DNA from: Methylophagaceae bacterium
GTDB lineage: Bacteria; Pseudomonadota; Gammaproteobacteria; Nitrosococcales; Methylophagaceae
Direction of reading: 5' to 3'
Assembly (NCBI GenBank): GCA_965199725.1
Contig: OZ241321.1
Span: 1,433,359 to 1,497,358 of the forward strand
DNA length: 64,000 bases
A model generated the notes under the pieces. That model was not told the DNA's origin. It saw only the letters and a list, made by a program, of their open reading frames with translations, and did no database searches. Each line of letters begins with the position of its first letter. Position 1 is the first letter of the stretch. Below are positions 29,427 through 40,212 of the stretch, in pieces. Both the position numbers and the translations under genes were made by a program.

Positions 29427-30209
29427 CTAATGTAAAGCACTGTGAGTGATGTAGATGAAAAATGCCCCAGCAGCGATTAACCCAATTTGTTGGAACATTT
29501 CTGAGAGTTTGGTTTTATTGTGCAAGCCTGGAATCAGATCGGCGACAGCAATATAAATAAAGCTGGAAGCTGCTATTAGAATGACATATGGTAAAATTTG
29601 CTGCATATTGCTTAATGCAAAATAGGCAAGTAATGCGCCAGCTACGGTACCAAGACTGGACAAAATATTGTAGCAAAGCGCCTTGCTGCGACTAAAGCCG
29701 CTGTGTAGTAAAATGATAAAATCACCAAGCTCTTGCGGGACTTCATGAGTAGCAATCGCAATCGCAGTGACTATTCCTAAATGAAAATCGGTCATAAATG
29801 CAGCAGCAATTAAAATACCGTCAATAAAATTATGAATAGTATCGCCGAATAAAATCAGCGTACCAGTCACTTGTTTATAGTTTTGGCGTTTGGTAAGTAA
29901 GTGGCCGTCGCAATGATTATGATGGCAATGGCGCCATATCACCAATTTTTCCAGCAAAAAGAAGGTGAGCAAACTGAGTAATAATGTTAGACCAATATCA
30001 TGAGAACTTATAGTTAATTCAGTTTCTAGAGCGTGCGGAATAAGCCCAAGAAAAGCAGTGCCAAGTAAGGCGCCAATAGCAATGCTAACCAAGTGGGGTA
30101 GCGCAATATTGCGTGCGTTATTAGTGAGCAGCAGGACGGTTGATGCCAGTAAAATACCTAGCAAACTACCGATCAGACTAAAAGTAATAATCCAGAACAG
30201 TAATATCAT
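29427..30209 (-). CDS. ZIP-family metal transporter
   Basis: 260 aa, polytopic. HNFIDGI and HEVPQELGDF motifs typical of ZIP/ZupT proteins. Confidence 0.75.
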   Translation of the reverse strand: MILLFWIITFSLIGSLLGILLASTVLLLTNNARNIALPHLVSIAIGALLGTAFLGLIPHALETELTISSHDIGLTLLLSLLTFFLLEKLVIWRHCHHNHCDGHLLTKRQNYKQVTGTLILFGDTIHNFIDGILIAAAFMTDFHLGIVTAIAIATHEVPQELGDFIILLHSGFSRSKALCYNILSSLGTVAGALLAYFALSNMQQILPYVILIAASSFIYIAVADLIPGLHNKTKLSEMFQQIGLIAAGAFFIYITHSALH

Positions 30210-30244
30210 AGTAATTAAATGTAATTCCGCACCCGAATTATACC

Positions 30245-30985
30245 CTATCTATCTTCGTGCCATATCATTGTTGCCATGCGACCAGTTTTGCTATTGCGTC
30301 GATAAGAGAAGAAACGCTGGCTATCAGTGGCGGTACAAAAACTACCACCAAAAATTGCTGTTATCCCTACACTATGTAGACGCTGCTTTGCAAGCAAATA
30401 AATGTTAGCTAGATAACTATTGGCTGATGTTGCTTGAAATGCCAGACTTGCCTTTGACGAATGTTGGTAAAATACCTTATAAGTATCAGTACCAACTTCA
30501 AATTGGGACGGTCCAATGGCCGGCCCTAGCCATGCAATTATATCTTGGCGTTTGCTAATAAATTCAGCGGCAGCTTTTTCAAGAATGCCCGCCGCCAACC
30601 CCCGCCACCCGGCATGAATAGCCGCTATAGTATTATCGTAACGGTCGCACAGTAATATTGGCAAGCAGTCAGCAGTCATAATTGCGCATACATGGTTAGC
30701 TTGTCGACTAATAATGGCGTCCGCTTTGCATTTTTTGTGCCAATCACTGCTATTGATGACATTTGTACCGTGCATTTGTTTTAGCCAACGAGGATATTCG
30801 GGCAAGGCGGTAAATTTAGCGATACGGCATCTGTTTTTATTAACCAGATCGGGGTCATCGCCAACATCATCACTTAAATTGAGTGCGTCATAAGGTGGCG
30901 GACTTACCCCGCCAATACGGGTTGAACTAAATGCTTTTATGTTATTTGGTGCTGGCCATTCAGGAATGATGATAGCGCTAGACAT
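30245..30985 (-). CDS. pgeF: peptidoglycan editing factor PgeF (YfiH/laccase-domain family)
   Basis: 246 aa. TADCLPILL, HAGWRG and FFSYRR motifs of the YfiH family. Confidence 0.8.
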   Translation of the reverse strand: MSSAIIIPEWPAPNNIKAFSSTRIGGVSPPPYDALNLSDDVGDDPDLVNKNRCRIAKFTALPEYPRWLKQMHGTNVINSSDWHKKCKADAIISRQANHVCAIMTADCLPILLCDRYDNTIAAIHAGWRGLAAGILEKAAAEFISKRQDIIAWLGPAIGPSQFEVGTDTYKVFYQHSSKASLAFQATSANSYLANIYLLAKQRLHSVGITAIFGGSFCTATDSQRFFSYRRNSKTGRMATMIWHEDR

Positions 30986-31772
30986 GGGGTATGTTTAGAT
31001 AAGTGCACCATTCGTTAAATAATTGCTCATCCAATGAAGCGACAGTAGAGCAAGACGCTACTTCGTTGACAATAGGTTTTCCGCCTTCAAGTGTGCATAC
31101 GTGTCCGCCAGCTTCACTGAGAATCAATACAGCGGCAGCATAATCCCACAATTGCTGTTTTTTGTGTAAATAAAGGTGAGCACGACCACTTGCTATCCAG
31201 CACAGCTCCAAGGCAATTGATCCTAAATTGCGTTGCGATCCATAAGGCAAATCAGTCACTAATTGCATAGCTAGGCTAGCAGGAAGTCGCTTGAAATCAA
31301 TTAGGGCAGTGGCACGGTTTAGCGGTAAGCCGAAAGAACGTGCATGCAATGGCCTACCATTGAGCGTGGCCCCCTGATTTAACTGTGCGGAAAAACATTC
31401 TTCCCGAACAGGATCATACACAACACCCAAGGTAACTCGGCCATTGTCAATGAGTGCTAATGATACTGAAAAACAGGGCAGCCCAGTGGCAAAATTACTA
31501 CTGCCGTCAATAGGGTCAAGGCACCAGAGCAGTTTTTCCGATGATAATAATTGCTGCTGCTGCTTTATTGGCATTTCTTCACCCAATAAAGTAATATCTG
31601 GCCAAATCTTCTGCAGATCACTGGTAAGCCTATTTTGCATTGCAATATCAGTGTCAGTGACAATGCTGCCATCAGCTTTATATTGGTATGTCGTGCTATT
31701 AAAGCGAGGTAATATTTCTGCTTTACTTGCAGTAATAACAATATCTCTAAGTTGCGTCAGGTTAACGTCCAT
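30978..31772 (-). CDS. inositol monophosphatase family protein
   Basis: 264 aa. LGEE...WCLDPIDGSSNF and WDYAA motifs. Confidence 0.75.
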   Translation of the reverse strand: MDVNLTQLRDIVITASKAEILPRFNSTTYQYKADGSIVTDTDIAMQNRLTSDLQKIWPDITLLGEEMPIKQQQQLLSSEKLLWCLDPIDGSSNFATGLPCFSVSLALIDNGRVTLGVVYDPVREECFSAQLNQGATLNGRPLHARSFGLPLNRATALIDFKRLPASLAMQLVTDLPYGSQRNLGSIALELCWIASGRAHLYLHKKQQLWDYAAAVLILSEAGGHVCTLEGGKPIVNEVASCSTVASLDEQLFNEWCTYLNIPHV

Positions 31773-31855
31773 CAGGGTAATTATAGTCTTATTATGCCAG
31801 CGTTGACTAATTCACTGTAAACTAATGGTATGACCATCAAATAAATTAGGAAGAT

Positions 31856-32584
31856 ATGACTATTTCCAGATTTTATTGTTCTGAGCTTGGTGCTACTGGT
31901 GATTTGATTGAGCTGTCACCATCAGTTCATCATCATGTAATCCATGTGCTCCGGCTAAAACAAGGTACACTGTTGCAGCTTTTTGATGGTCAAGGCATGG
32001 AGTATGAGGCTGTATTGACAGAAACCACTAGGCGACGTTCAAAAGTTATATTGGGTGCGCCTGTCAATCACTATTGTGAATCGCCGCTCAATATCAAGTT
32101 GTTGCAGGCAATTTGCCGAGGTGATCGTATGGATTATGCCTTGCAAAAAGCGATAGAGCTTGGTGTGAATACCATCATACCGGTGATAACAGCGCGCTGT
32201 AATATCCGTTATTCAAAACAATATGCTGATAGACGATTAATCCATTGGCGAGGCATTATTATCAGCGCATGCGAGCAAAGTGGGCGCAATATATTGCCTG
32301 AGCTGACTAATATCATGACATTGTATGAGGCGTTCGTGAATAATACAGCAGCATGTCGTCTGCTGCTAACACCACATGCACAAACAGACTTCTCTGCTGT
32401 CAGACAGGAAAACAGTATTACATTACTGATTGGTCCTGAAGGTGGTTTGAGTGAATCAGAGATTGAGCAGGCCATTATGTTTAACTATAAATCAGTCAGG
32501 CTTGGTCCGAGGGTGTTACGGACAGAAACAGCAACTGTCGCTGCATTGACAGCAATACAAACATTATGGGGAGATTTACGATGA
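31856..32584 (+). CDS. rsmE: 16S rRNA (uracil1498-N3)-methyltransferase
   Basis: 242 aa. HHVIHVLRLK..., LLIGPEGGLSESE and LGPRVLRTETA motifs. Confidence 0.8.
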   Translation: MTISRFYCSELGATGDLIELSPSVHHHVIHVLRLKQGTLLQLFDGQGMEYEAVLTETTRRRSKVILGAPVNHYCESPLNIKLLQAICRGDRMDYALQKAIELGVNTIIPVITARCNIRYSKQYADRRLIHWRGIIISACEQSGRNILPELTNIMTLYEAFVNNTAACRLLLTPHAQTDFSAVRQENSITLLIGPEGGLSESEIEQAIMFNYKSVRLGPRVLRTETATVAALTAIQTLWGDLR

Positions 32585-32648
32585 TAGCTGATGGTCCTAT
32601 GTCACTATTTTGGTTTTTGCTGTTACTTATGACGGTCTATGCAGTTAA

Positions 32649-33479
32649 ATGAATATTGTTGAAGCGCTGCATTACGGGGAGTCATTATTGACAGTAGCAG
32701 ATAGTCCACAACTGGACAGTCAACATCTGCTTTGCCATGTGCTGGGTTGCCGCCCCACATATTTGCATACATGGCCGGATAAAATCATGACCGATGAGCA
32801 GCAGGCAGGGTTTAAACAATTGATTGCACAGCGTAAGAAAGGCCAACCTGTGGCATATTTGGTTGGTCAGTGTGGTTTCTGGACGTTGGACCTCAAAGTT
32901 ACTGCAGATACCTTGATTCCTCGGCCAGATACTGAATTATTAGTTTCGTTGGCATTGGAAAAAATGCAGCCTGACATGATAGTGGCCGATTTAGGAACAG
33001 GTAGCGGTGCTGTTGCTTTGGCAATAGCGGCAGAGCGTCCGATGAATAACGTTTTTGCTATGGATTGTTGCCTGCAAGCTATCAATGTTGCTCAGTATAA
33101 TGCTGAATATAACCATATTGCTAATGTAATATTCTGGCAAGGCAATTGGCTTAGCGCTGTCAGGGATAATGGTATTGATATGGTAGTCAGTAATCCACCT
33201 TATATCAAAGAAGGCGATTGGCATTTATCGCAAGGCGATGTCCGTTTCGAACCTTTAGGCGCGTTAGCTTCAGGCACTGATGGCTTGATGGATATTCGCC
33301 GCATTATCAAACAAGCACGGCGCTGTTTAAAACCATCTGGCTGGCTGTTAATTGAGCATGGCTATCAGCAAGCAGATGCAGTGCAGGCGGCGTTTGTTGA
33401 AAGTGGTTTTATTGCTGTTAAGTCATATCAGGATTTTGGTGGCAACGACCGGGTAGTTGCTGGACAATTAACTGTATAA
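32649..33479 (+). CDS. prmC: release factor glutamine N5-methyltransferase
   Basis: 276 aa. PVAYLVGQCGFW, DLGTGSGAVALA and NPPYI motifs. Confidence 0.85.
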   Translation: MNIVEALHYGESLLTVADSPQLDSQHLLCHVLGCRPTYLHTWPDKIMTDEQQAGFKQLIAQRKKGQPVAYLVGQCGFWTLDLKVTADTLIPRPDTELLVSLALEKMQPDMIVADLGTGSGAVALAIAAERPMNNVFAMDCCLQAINVAQYNAEYNHIANVIFWQGNWLSAVRDNGIDMVVSNPPYIKEGDWHLSQGDVRFEPLGALASGTDGLMDIRRIIKQARRCLKPSGWLLIEHGYQQADAVQAAFVESGFIAVKSYQDFGGNDRVVAGQLTV

Positions 33480-33490
33480 TTACAGGGTGC

Positions 33491-34273
33491 TTGTTGGAAG
33501 GAATAATGATGAAAGATGAACAATTATTACGTTACAGCCGGCATATTCTGTTGCCCCAGATAGATGTTGCTGGTCAGCAAGCTTTATTAAGCAGTCATGT
33601 TCTGGTTGTCGGTCTGGGCGGCTTAGGATCGCCAGTAGCGTTATACTTGACCGCTGCCGGTATTGGTCATCTGACGTTGGTGGATGATGACAAGGTTGAA
33701 TTGTCTAATTTGCCGAGGCAGATTTTATATGGCGAACATGATATTGGCAACTGCAAAGCGACATCAGCGGCAGCAAAATTGCACACATTAAATAGCGATT
33801 GTCAGATTGATGTTCACACAACGCGATTAACGGGTAATGCGTTATATGAAGACATTGTCAGTGCTGATGTGGTAGTTGATTGCAGCGATAATTTTGCTAC
33901 CCGTTTTTTACTAAACGAGGCGACACAGGCATTGCATAAACCGCTTGTATCAGGTGCAGCTATTCGTCTGGAAGGACAAGTTACAGTTTATGATGCCCGA
34001 GAAACAGAAAACGCTTGTTACCGTTGTATTTATCAGGATACTGGCGAGATAGAGCAGACATGTTCGGAGACTGGGGTAATATCACCCCTTTTGGGTATTA
34101 TTGGTAGCATACAGGCTGTTGAAACAGTAAAAATTTTGACAGGCATCGGTGAAACATTGGCAGGTAGATTAATGGTGTTAGATGCCTCATCTATGTCTTG
34201 GCGTACTATTACATTGCGGCAAAATCCGGATTGTCCTGTCTGTAACAGGGCAACAATAAAGTCAATAAAATGA
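33491..34273 (+). CDS. moeB: molybdopterin-synthase adenylyltransferase (HesA/MoeB/ThiF family)
   Basis: RYSRHILLPQIDVAGQ, VVGLGGLGSP and CxxC pairs (CYRC, CPVC). MoeB cannot be separated from ThiF by eye. Confidence 0.6.
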   Translation: MLEGIMMKDEQLLRYSRHILLPQIDVAGQQALLSSHVLVVGLGGLGSPVALYLTAAGIGHLTLVDDDKVELSNLPRQILYGEHDIGNCKATSAAAKLHTLNSDCQIDVHTTRLTGNALYEDIVSADVVVDCSDNFATRFLLNEATQALHKPLVSGAAIRLEGQVTVYDARETENACYRCIYQDTGEIEQTCSETGVISPLLGIIGSIQAVETVKILTGIGETLAGRLMVLDASSMSWRTITLRQNPDCPVCNRATIKSIK

Positions 34274-35598
34274 GTGAAACGGTAAATAATAAATCATTAG
34301 AATACGCTGTTGAAATCGCATTGCAACGTGCCAGATCGCTTGGCGCAAGTGAAGCTGAAGCATTAGCAAATCATAGTAAAGGTCTATCTGTTACCGTAAG
34401 GCAGGGCGATACTGAAATTATAGAGCATAATAATGATAAAAGCTTGGCAGTGACAGTGTATTTTGGTCACAGCAAGGGATCGGTGAGCACCTCAAATCTT
34501 ACGATGAATGCCATTATTGACGGGGTTAAGGTAGCTTGCGATATTGCTAAGAATACTGAGGAAGATCACTCTTTAGGGTTAGCGGATAAAGCGTTGATGG
34601 CAACACGTTTACCGGAATTATCTTTGTTTCATCAATGTGATACAGATATTGATCGCTCAGTTTCCTTAGCTTGTGCCTGCGAACAAGCAGGTTTCGCTGT
34701 TGACAGGGGGATAACCAATTCAGAAGGTGCAGCTTTTTCCAGCCATCAGGGTGCGCGCGTTTATGCTAACTCCCATGGTTTCGTCGGCAGTATAGCCGGC
34801 ACCACTTATAGCCTGTCCTGCACGTTGATTGCTAATGATGAAAAAGGCATGCAGCGTGATTATTGGTACGATATTGCTAGAGATGTCAATGATTTAGCAT
34901 CAGCGGCAACTATTGGTCAGCACGCAGCACACAATGTTTTACGTCGCTGCAATCCGAAAGCAGTAACAGCAGGTTCCTATCCTATTATTTTTGCAGCAGC
35001 GATTGCGCCTCACATTTTCAAACAATTAATTAACGCTATCTGTGGTAGCGCGCTGTATCGTAATGCATCTTTTCTACTTGATCATCTTGGTGAGAAAATT
35101 TTTCCTGATTTTATCCATATTCATGAGCAGCCACATTTATTGAAAGGATTAGGTAGTGCTGCTTTTGATGCTGAGGGCGTAGCAACCAGAGCTCATGATA
35201 TTGTGCTTGATGGCGTATTGCAGAGCTATGTACTAGATAGCTATTCAGCACGAAAATTAGCGATGAAAACTACTGCTAATGCTGGTGGTGTACATAATCT
35301 GACTATTGATAGTGGAAAGCTCGGCTTTGACAGCCTGATCAAACAAATGAATAGTGGTATCTTGGTCACAGAAACTATGGGCATGGGGACTAATATCGTA
35401 ACTGGCGATTATTCACAGGGAGCAAGTGGGTTTTGGGTAGAAAATGGCACGATCCAACATCCGATTGATGGCTTTACCATTGCTGGCAATCTGGCAGATA
35501 TGTTCAGCGGTATTCAAGCGATAGCCAATGATATTGATACCCGCGGCAATATTCGCACAGGGTCAGTGTTGATTGATAGTATGCAGGTAGCGGGCTAG
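34270..35598 (+). CDS. pmbA: metalloprotease PmbA (TldE)
   Basis: 442 aa with PmbA/TldD-family layout and a C-terminal GDYSQGASGFWVENG motif. Confidence 0.8.
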   Translation: MSETVNNKSLEYAVEIALQRARSLGASEAEALANHSKGLSVTVRQGDTEIIEHNNDKSLAVTVYFGHSKGSVSTSNLTMNAIIDGVKVACDIAKNTEEDHSLGLADKALMATRLPELSLFHQCDTDIDRSVSLACACEQAGFAVDRGITNSEGAAFSSHQGARVYANSHGFVGSIAGTTYSLSCTLIANDEKGMQRDYWYDIARDVNDLASAATIGQHAAHNVLRRCNPKAVTAGSYPIIFAAAIAPHIFKQLINAICGSALYRNASFLLDHLGEKIFPDFIHIHEQPHLLKGLGSAAFDAEGVATRAHDIVLDGVLQSYVLDSYSARKLAMKTTANAGGVHNLTIDSGKLGFDSLIKQMNSGILVTETMGMGTNIVTGDYSQGASGFWVENGTIQHPIDGFTIAGNLADMFSGIQAIANDIDTRGNIRTGSVLIDSMQVAG

Positions 35599-35606
35599 TA
35601 TGCTTG

Positions 35607-35690
35607 GTAGTCAGTAGTCAGTAGTCAGTAGTCAGTAGTCAGTAGTCAGTAGTCAGTAGTCAGTAGTCAGTAATCAGTAGTCAGTAGCCA
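35607..35690. repeat. heptanucleotide microsatellite (GTAGTCA)x12 (units 10 and 12 carry one substitution each)
   Basis: Direct reading gives nine perfect GTAGTCA units, then GTAATCA, GTAGTCA and GTAGCCA. The tract fills the gap between the pmbA stop (35596-35598) and the ribF stop (35692-35694). Confidence 0.97.
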
Positions 35691-35691
35691 A

Positions 35692-36636
35692 TTAATATCC
35701 ATTAGCAAAATAGTAACGTGCCTGTTCGCTGTCTTTTTTGATCTGTTCCGTCAATGCAGCAAGGTTAGCAAATTTTTGTTCATCTCGCAATTTATGCAAA
35801 AAATGTACCTGCACGCGTTCACCGTAAATATTGCGATCAAAATCAAATAAATGTACTTCCAGCAATGTATTATCAGTGCTTATTGTTGGTCTTAAACCAA
35901 CATTAGCCACTCCTTGAACTGGTTCACCTTCAATGCCAAACAATTGCACAGCATATACACCGCTTAGAGGTACATTGTATCTATGCAGATGAATATTAGC
36001 TGTTGGGAAACCTATTGATCTGCCGCGTTTATCGCCGTGTGCTACTCGTCCGCTGATGCGATAGGGTCGTCCAAGTAATTTTTCAGCAAGCATCAGGTTG
36101 CCCGACTTTAATGCCTGACGGATTCGTGTGCTGCTTACCCGTATTTTATCAACACTAAATGTATGCATGTTTACAACATGAAAACCGTATATACTCCCTG
36201 CTTGTTTAAGCATGGCAAGATTACCTTGTCGTGCTTTACCAAATTTAAAGTCATCACCCACTACCAGGTATTTTATGTTGAGTCCTATTACCAGTAGATG
36301 CTGAATAAAATCCTCTGCTGACATATTGGACAGTTTTTTATTAAATGGCAGTACACATAGTGTGTCAATTGAATAGCTTTTCAGTGCCTCTGCTTTTTCG
36401 CGAAAACGGTTAAGGCGTGCTGGTGCTTTATCTGAGGCAAAAAATTCATTTGGTTGCGGCTCGAACATAATGATAACAACAGGCAACCCGAGAGTGCTAC
36501 CTTTCATTGCCAGTTGATTAATTACTGCCTGGTGACCTAAATGTACACCATCAAAGTTACCAATAGTAGCAACGCAGGATACAGGGTTTTTTGCCAGATT
36601 ATGTAAGCCACGAATAATTGTTTTCATAAGCAACAA
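35692..36636 (-). CDS. ribF: bifunctional riboflavin kinase / FMN adenylyltransferase
   Basis: 314 aa. GNFDGVHLGHQ, and GFPTANI in the kinase half. Confidence 0.9.
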   Translation of the reverse strand: MLLMKTIIRGLHNLAKNPVSCVATIGNFDGVHLGHQAVINQLAMKGSTLGLPVVIIMFEPQPNEFFASDKAPARLNRFREKAEALKSYSIDTLCVLPFNKKLSNMSAEDFIQHLLVIGLNIKYLVVGDDFKFGKARQGNLAMLKQAGSIYGFHVVNMHTFSVDKIRVSSTRIRQALKSGNLMLAEKLLGRPYRISGRVAHGDKRGRSIGFPTANIHLHRYNVPLSGVYAVQLFGIEGEPVQGVANVGLRPTISTDNTLLEVHLFDFDRNIYGERVQVHFLHKLRDEQKFANLAALTEQIKKDSEQARYYFANGY

Positions 36637-36800
36637 TTATTTTATCTTAAAGCATCAACAGCGTAACGGTTAAATAAAAAATAATTCAGCAATAAGTTAA
36701 TGCGCATAGCAAATAAAATTGTTAATTCGTCCCTATATTTATGTTTACAATTAGACAATCAGGTATAATCTTTAATTAATTTACAGGGCTGGAGACTAGC

Positions 36801-37040
36801 GTGGCAAGAGCAAAAAAGGCAGGTTATGAAGCAGCGGTGACTCAATTGGAATCATTGGTCAAGCAGCTTGAACAAGGCGATATTACCCTCGAAGAATCAC
36901 TTAGTCTTTACGAAAAAGGTGTGTTGTTAACTCGTGATTGTCAGAAATCTCTACAAGCGGCTGAACAAAAGGTACGTATGTTACTAAAGCAAGATGGTCA
37001 GCAGGAAGAGTTGATAGATTTTAGTGATCGTGGGTCTTAA
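36801..37040 (+). CDS. xseB: exodeoxyribonuclease VII small subunit
   Basis: 79 aa. LE.LV..LE.GD..LEESL..YE.G motif, with the classic xseB-ispA-dxs order. Confidence 0.85.
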   Translation: MARAKKAGYEAAVTQLESLVKQLEQGDITLEESLSLYEKGVLLTRDCQKSLQAAEQKVRMLLKQDGQQEELIDFSDRGS

Positions 37041-37043
37041 CTT

Positions 37044-37949
37044 GTGACTGCCAGCTTTATTCTTGTTGATTGGATGAATCAGCATAAGGCTCGAGTTGAG
37101 AATGTACTCGCCAGCAGAATACCGAATACAGGCAACAAAAGTGACGGTACATCAACACAACTTATTGACGCTATGCGCTACGCCACTCTAAATGGTGGCA
37201 AGCGTTTGCGTGCTTTGCTTGCTTATGCAGCAGGTGAAGCGTTACATGCTGATTTGTCTTTACTTGATATACCAGCTAGTGCTGTGGAAATGGTCCATGC
37301 CTATTCATTAGTGCATGATGATATGCCAATAATAGATGACGATGATCTTCGCCGTGATCTGCCTGCCTGCCACAAAGCGTATAATGAGGCAACAGCATTA
37401 TTGGTTGGTGATGCCTTACAAAGTTTGGCATTTGAAACGCTATGTGATGATGCACTTTCTTATTATCAGACAAGAAAAATGGTAAAAATACTGGCGTACC
37501 AATCGGGTTTAGCCGGTATGGTGGGTGGTCAGGCAATTGATATTGAATCTGTAAGCAAATCGTTCACTATTTCTGCGTTACAGGATATGTATACACTCAA
37601 AACGGGTGCTTTAATTCGTGCCAGTGTTAGTTTGGGTGCGTTAGCATCAGAATCGGTGGAGGAAGCTACTTTGGTTGAATTAGATATTTACGCCTGTTGT
37701 ATTGGTCTTGCCTTCCAAATCTATGATGATATTCTGGATGTTGTTGCTGATACTGACACGTTAGGGGAAATGCAAGGGGCAAATATTGCGTTAAATAAGC
37801 CAACCTATCCCGCGCTATTGGGCATAGATAATGCCAGAAAAAAAGCAGAAGATTTGATTGCACAGGCGTTGACTGCATTACATAATATACCTTATGACAC
37901 ACAAATTCTTGCTGAACTAGCACGATTTGTTGTGCAAAGATCTCACTAA
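37044..37949 (+). CDS. ispA: farnesyl diphosphate synthase
   Basis: 301 aa. First DDxxD region LVHDDMPIIDDDDLRR and second FQIYDDILD. Confidence 0.85.
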   Translation: MTASFILVDWMNQHKARVENVLASRIPNTGNKSDGTSTQLIDAMRYATLNGGKRLRALLAYAAGEALHADLSLLDIPASAVEMVHAYSLVHDDMPIIDDDDLRRDLPACHKAYNEATALLVGDALQSLAFETLCDDALSYYQTRKMVKILAYQSGLAGMVGGQAIDIESVSKSFTISALQDMYTLKTGALIRASVSLGALASESVEEATLVELDIYACCIGLAFQIYDDILDVVADTDTLGEMQGANIALNKPTYPALLGIDNARKKAEDLIAQALTALHNIPYDTQILAELARFVVQRSH

Positions 37950-37965
37950 TTTTAAATCATAAGAA

Positions 37966-39801
37966 ATGGATAGTTTGCTTGATCAGATTAACAGTCCTGA
38001 TGACTTAAGGCAGCTTGATAAAAAGCAATTGCCGCAACTGGCTGAAGAAATACGCATGCTAATTATTGACAGTGTGCAACAGACTGGTGGTCATATAGCA
38101 TCAAATCTTGGTGTTGTTGAGCTTACACTGGCGCTACATTATGTATTCGACACCCCTAATGATCGTCTTATCTGGGATGTAGGTCACCAGAGTTACGCCC
38201 ATAAAATTATTACTGGTCGCCGCGATAGTATGAGTACCATGCGTCAATTTGGGGGGTTATCTGGTTTTCCCAAGCGTAGTGAGAGCGAGTATGATGCTTT
38301 CGGCGTTGGTCATTCAAGCACATCAATTAGTGCGGCATTAGGCATGGCTATTGTTGCCCAGATTAATGATAATACGCGCCGTGCTGTTGCGGTTATTGGC
38401 GATGGTGCGCTTACTGCTGGTCAAGCCTATGAAGCATTGGATCATGCTGGTGATTTGCGCACTAATTTGCTGGTTATTCTTAATGATAACGAAATGTCCA
38501 TTTCTAAAAATGTTGGTGGTATGTCAAATTATCTGGCCCGTCTGCTTTCTGGCAAAGTCTATACTTCGGCGCGTGAAGGCAGCAAACGGGTTTTGGAAAA
38601 GATTCCTTCTGCATGGGAGTTTGTTCGTCGTACTGAAGAGCATGTCAAAGGTATGGTTATTCCCGGTACATTATTTGAGGAAATGGGCTTCAATTATATT
38701 GGTCCGATTGATGGGCATGATCTTGATACGTTGATTGCCACGCTTATCAACCTGCGCAAACAAAAAGGACCGCAGTTTTTGCATGTTGTCACCAAAAAAG
38801 GCAAAGGTTACCAGCCAGCGGAACAGCAACCATGCCAGTATCATGGTGTTAGCCCTGCAGGTAGTGCTTCACCTGCCTTAAGTTACACTCAGGTGTTTAG
38901 TGACTGGCTATGTGACATGGCAAAAGAGTCGCAAGCGCTAATTGGTATTACGCCAGCGATGGCTGATGGATCGGGGTTAAACGCATTTGCTAAAGACTAC
39001 CCTGAACGCTATTTTGATGTTGGTATTGCTGAGCAACATGCTGTTACTTTGGCTGCAGGTATGGCTTGTGAAGACAAAAAACCAGTTGTTGCCATTTACT
39101 CTACTTTTCTGCAACGTGGTTATGATCAACTTATCCATGATGTTGCCTTGCAGAATCTACCAGTTTTATTTGCTATTGATCGCGGTGGGCTTGTGGGTGC
39201 TGATGGTGCGACCCATGCAGGTAGTTTTGATCTAAGTTATCTACGCTGTATTCCTAATATAGTCATTATGACACCTGCTGATGAGAATGAGTGTCGGCAA
39301 ATGTTAACAACGGGGTATCAATATCACGGCCCGAGTGCCGTACGTTATCCTCGCGGCGCGGGTGCTGGTGTGGTAGTGCAACCAGCATTAACTGCGCTAC
39401 CTGTTGGTAGAGCAGAGGTAAAGAGGCGCGGTGAAAAGACGGCAATACTGGCGTTTGGCTCTATGTTGACATCATCGCTTGAGGCTGCCGAAAAACTGCA
39501 TGCAACGGTTGTTAACATGCGTTTTGTTAAGCCTTTGGACGAAAAGTGCATTGCAGAGATAGCCGGCAGCCATGAGTTGATCGTAACGATTGAAGAAAAT
39601 GCTGTTCTAGGTGGTGCTGGCAGTGGCGTTAATGAATATCTGCATACCATTGGTAATAGTGCATCAGTGATTAATCTTGGCTTGCCTGATAAATTTCTTG
39701 ACCATGGCAAACAACAACATTTGCTTGGTCTGTGTGATCTTAATGCAGCAGGCATAATCAATGCTGTCAACAGCCATTTTTCTATAGTTGATCAACATTG
39801 A
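37966..39801 (+). CDS. dxs: 1-deoxy-D-xylulose-5-phosphate synthase
   Basis: 611 aa. [25 protein letters not shown] and GDGALTAG motifs. Confidence 0.92.
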   Translation: MDSLLDQINSPDDLRQLDKKQLPQLAEEIRMLIIDSVQQTGGHIASNLGVVELTLALHYVFDTPNDRLIWDVGHQSYAHKIITGRRDSMSTMRQFGGLSGFPKRSESEYDAFGVGHSSTSISAALGMAIVAQINDNTRRAVAVIGDGALTAGQAYEALDHAGDLRTNLLVILNDNEMSISKNVGGMSNYLARLLSGKVYTSAREGSKRVLEKIPSAWEFVRRTEEHVKGMVIPGTLFEEMGFNYIGPIDGHDLDTLIATLINLRKQKGPQFLHVVTKKGKGYQPAEQQPCQYHGVSPAGSASPALSYTQVFSDWLCDMAKESQALIGITPAMADGSGLNAFAKDYPERYFDVGIAEQHAVTLAAGMACEDKKPVVAIYSTFLQRGYDQLIHDVALQNLPVLFAIDRGGLVGADGATHAGSFDLSYLRCIPNIVIMTPADENECRQMLTTGYQYHGPSAVRYPRGAGAGVVVQPALTALPVGRAEVKRRGEKTAILAFGSMLTSSLEAAEKLHATVVNMRFVKPLDEKCIAEIAGSHELIVTIEENAVLGGAGSGVNEYLHTIGNSASVINLGLPDKFLDHGKQQHLLGLCDLNAAGIINAVNSHFSIVDQH

Positions 39802-39827
39802 TCAATTCTCAGTATAATAGCCACATT

Positions 39828-40211
39828 ATGGGTGCTACTTATACCTTAAAAGTTGTTGCTGATTTTGCATCAGCGCATACCTTACGTGATTACCCAGGCG
39901 ATTGTAGCCGTATGCACGGACATAACTGGAAATTAGAAGTAGATGTAACTGCTATTGCGTTAAATGAGCATGGTATGGGCATGGACTTTAAAATAATTAA
40001 AGCTGCTGCCCGCAAGCTGGCAAAAACACTTGATCATTGTTATCTTAACGATATTTCACCATTCGATATGGTCAACCCTACAGCAGAAAATATTGCCCGC
40101 TATTTTTACCAGCATCTTACTACCATGCTGAATACAGATACAGCAAAAATATCAGGCGTTACCCTATGGGAAACTGATCGCGCTTGTGTTCATTATAACG
40201 AGGGTAATTAA
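39828..40211 (+). CDS. queD: 6-carboxytetrahydropterin synthase
   Basis: CSRMHGHNW...E motif. The internal ATG at 39828 gives a typical size of about 127 aa. Confidence 0.75.
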   Translation: MGATYTLKVVADFASAHTLRDYPGDCSRMHGHNWKLEVDVTAIALNEHGMGMDFKIIKAAARKLAKTLDHCYLNDISPFDMVNPTAENIARYFYQHLTTMLNTDTAKISGVTLWETDRACVHYNEGN

Positions 40212-40212
40212 T

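Noticed and set aside
35607-35690. The heptamer tract as a CRISPR-like array or a coding repeat
   Set aside because: The units are contiguous with no spacers. A 7-nt period cannot keep a reading frame, and each unit carries TAG/TGA/TCA-type stops in several frames.
38351-39770. Alternative-frame and antisense ORFs inside dxs (38351-38734, 38987-39235, 39345-39770)
   Set aside because: They are shadows of a strongly supported 611-aa Dxs reading frame, with low-complexity translations and no motifs.
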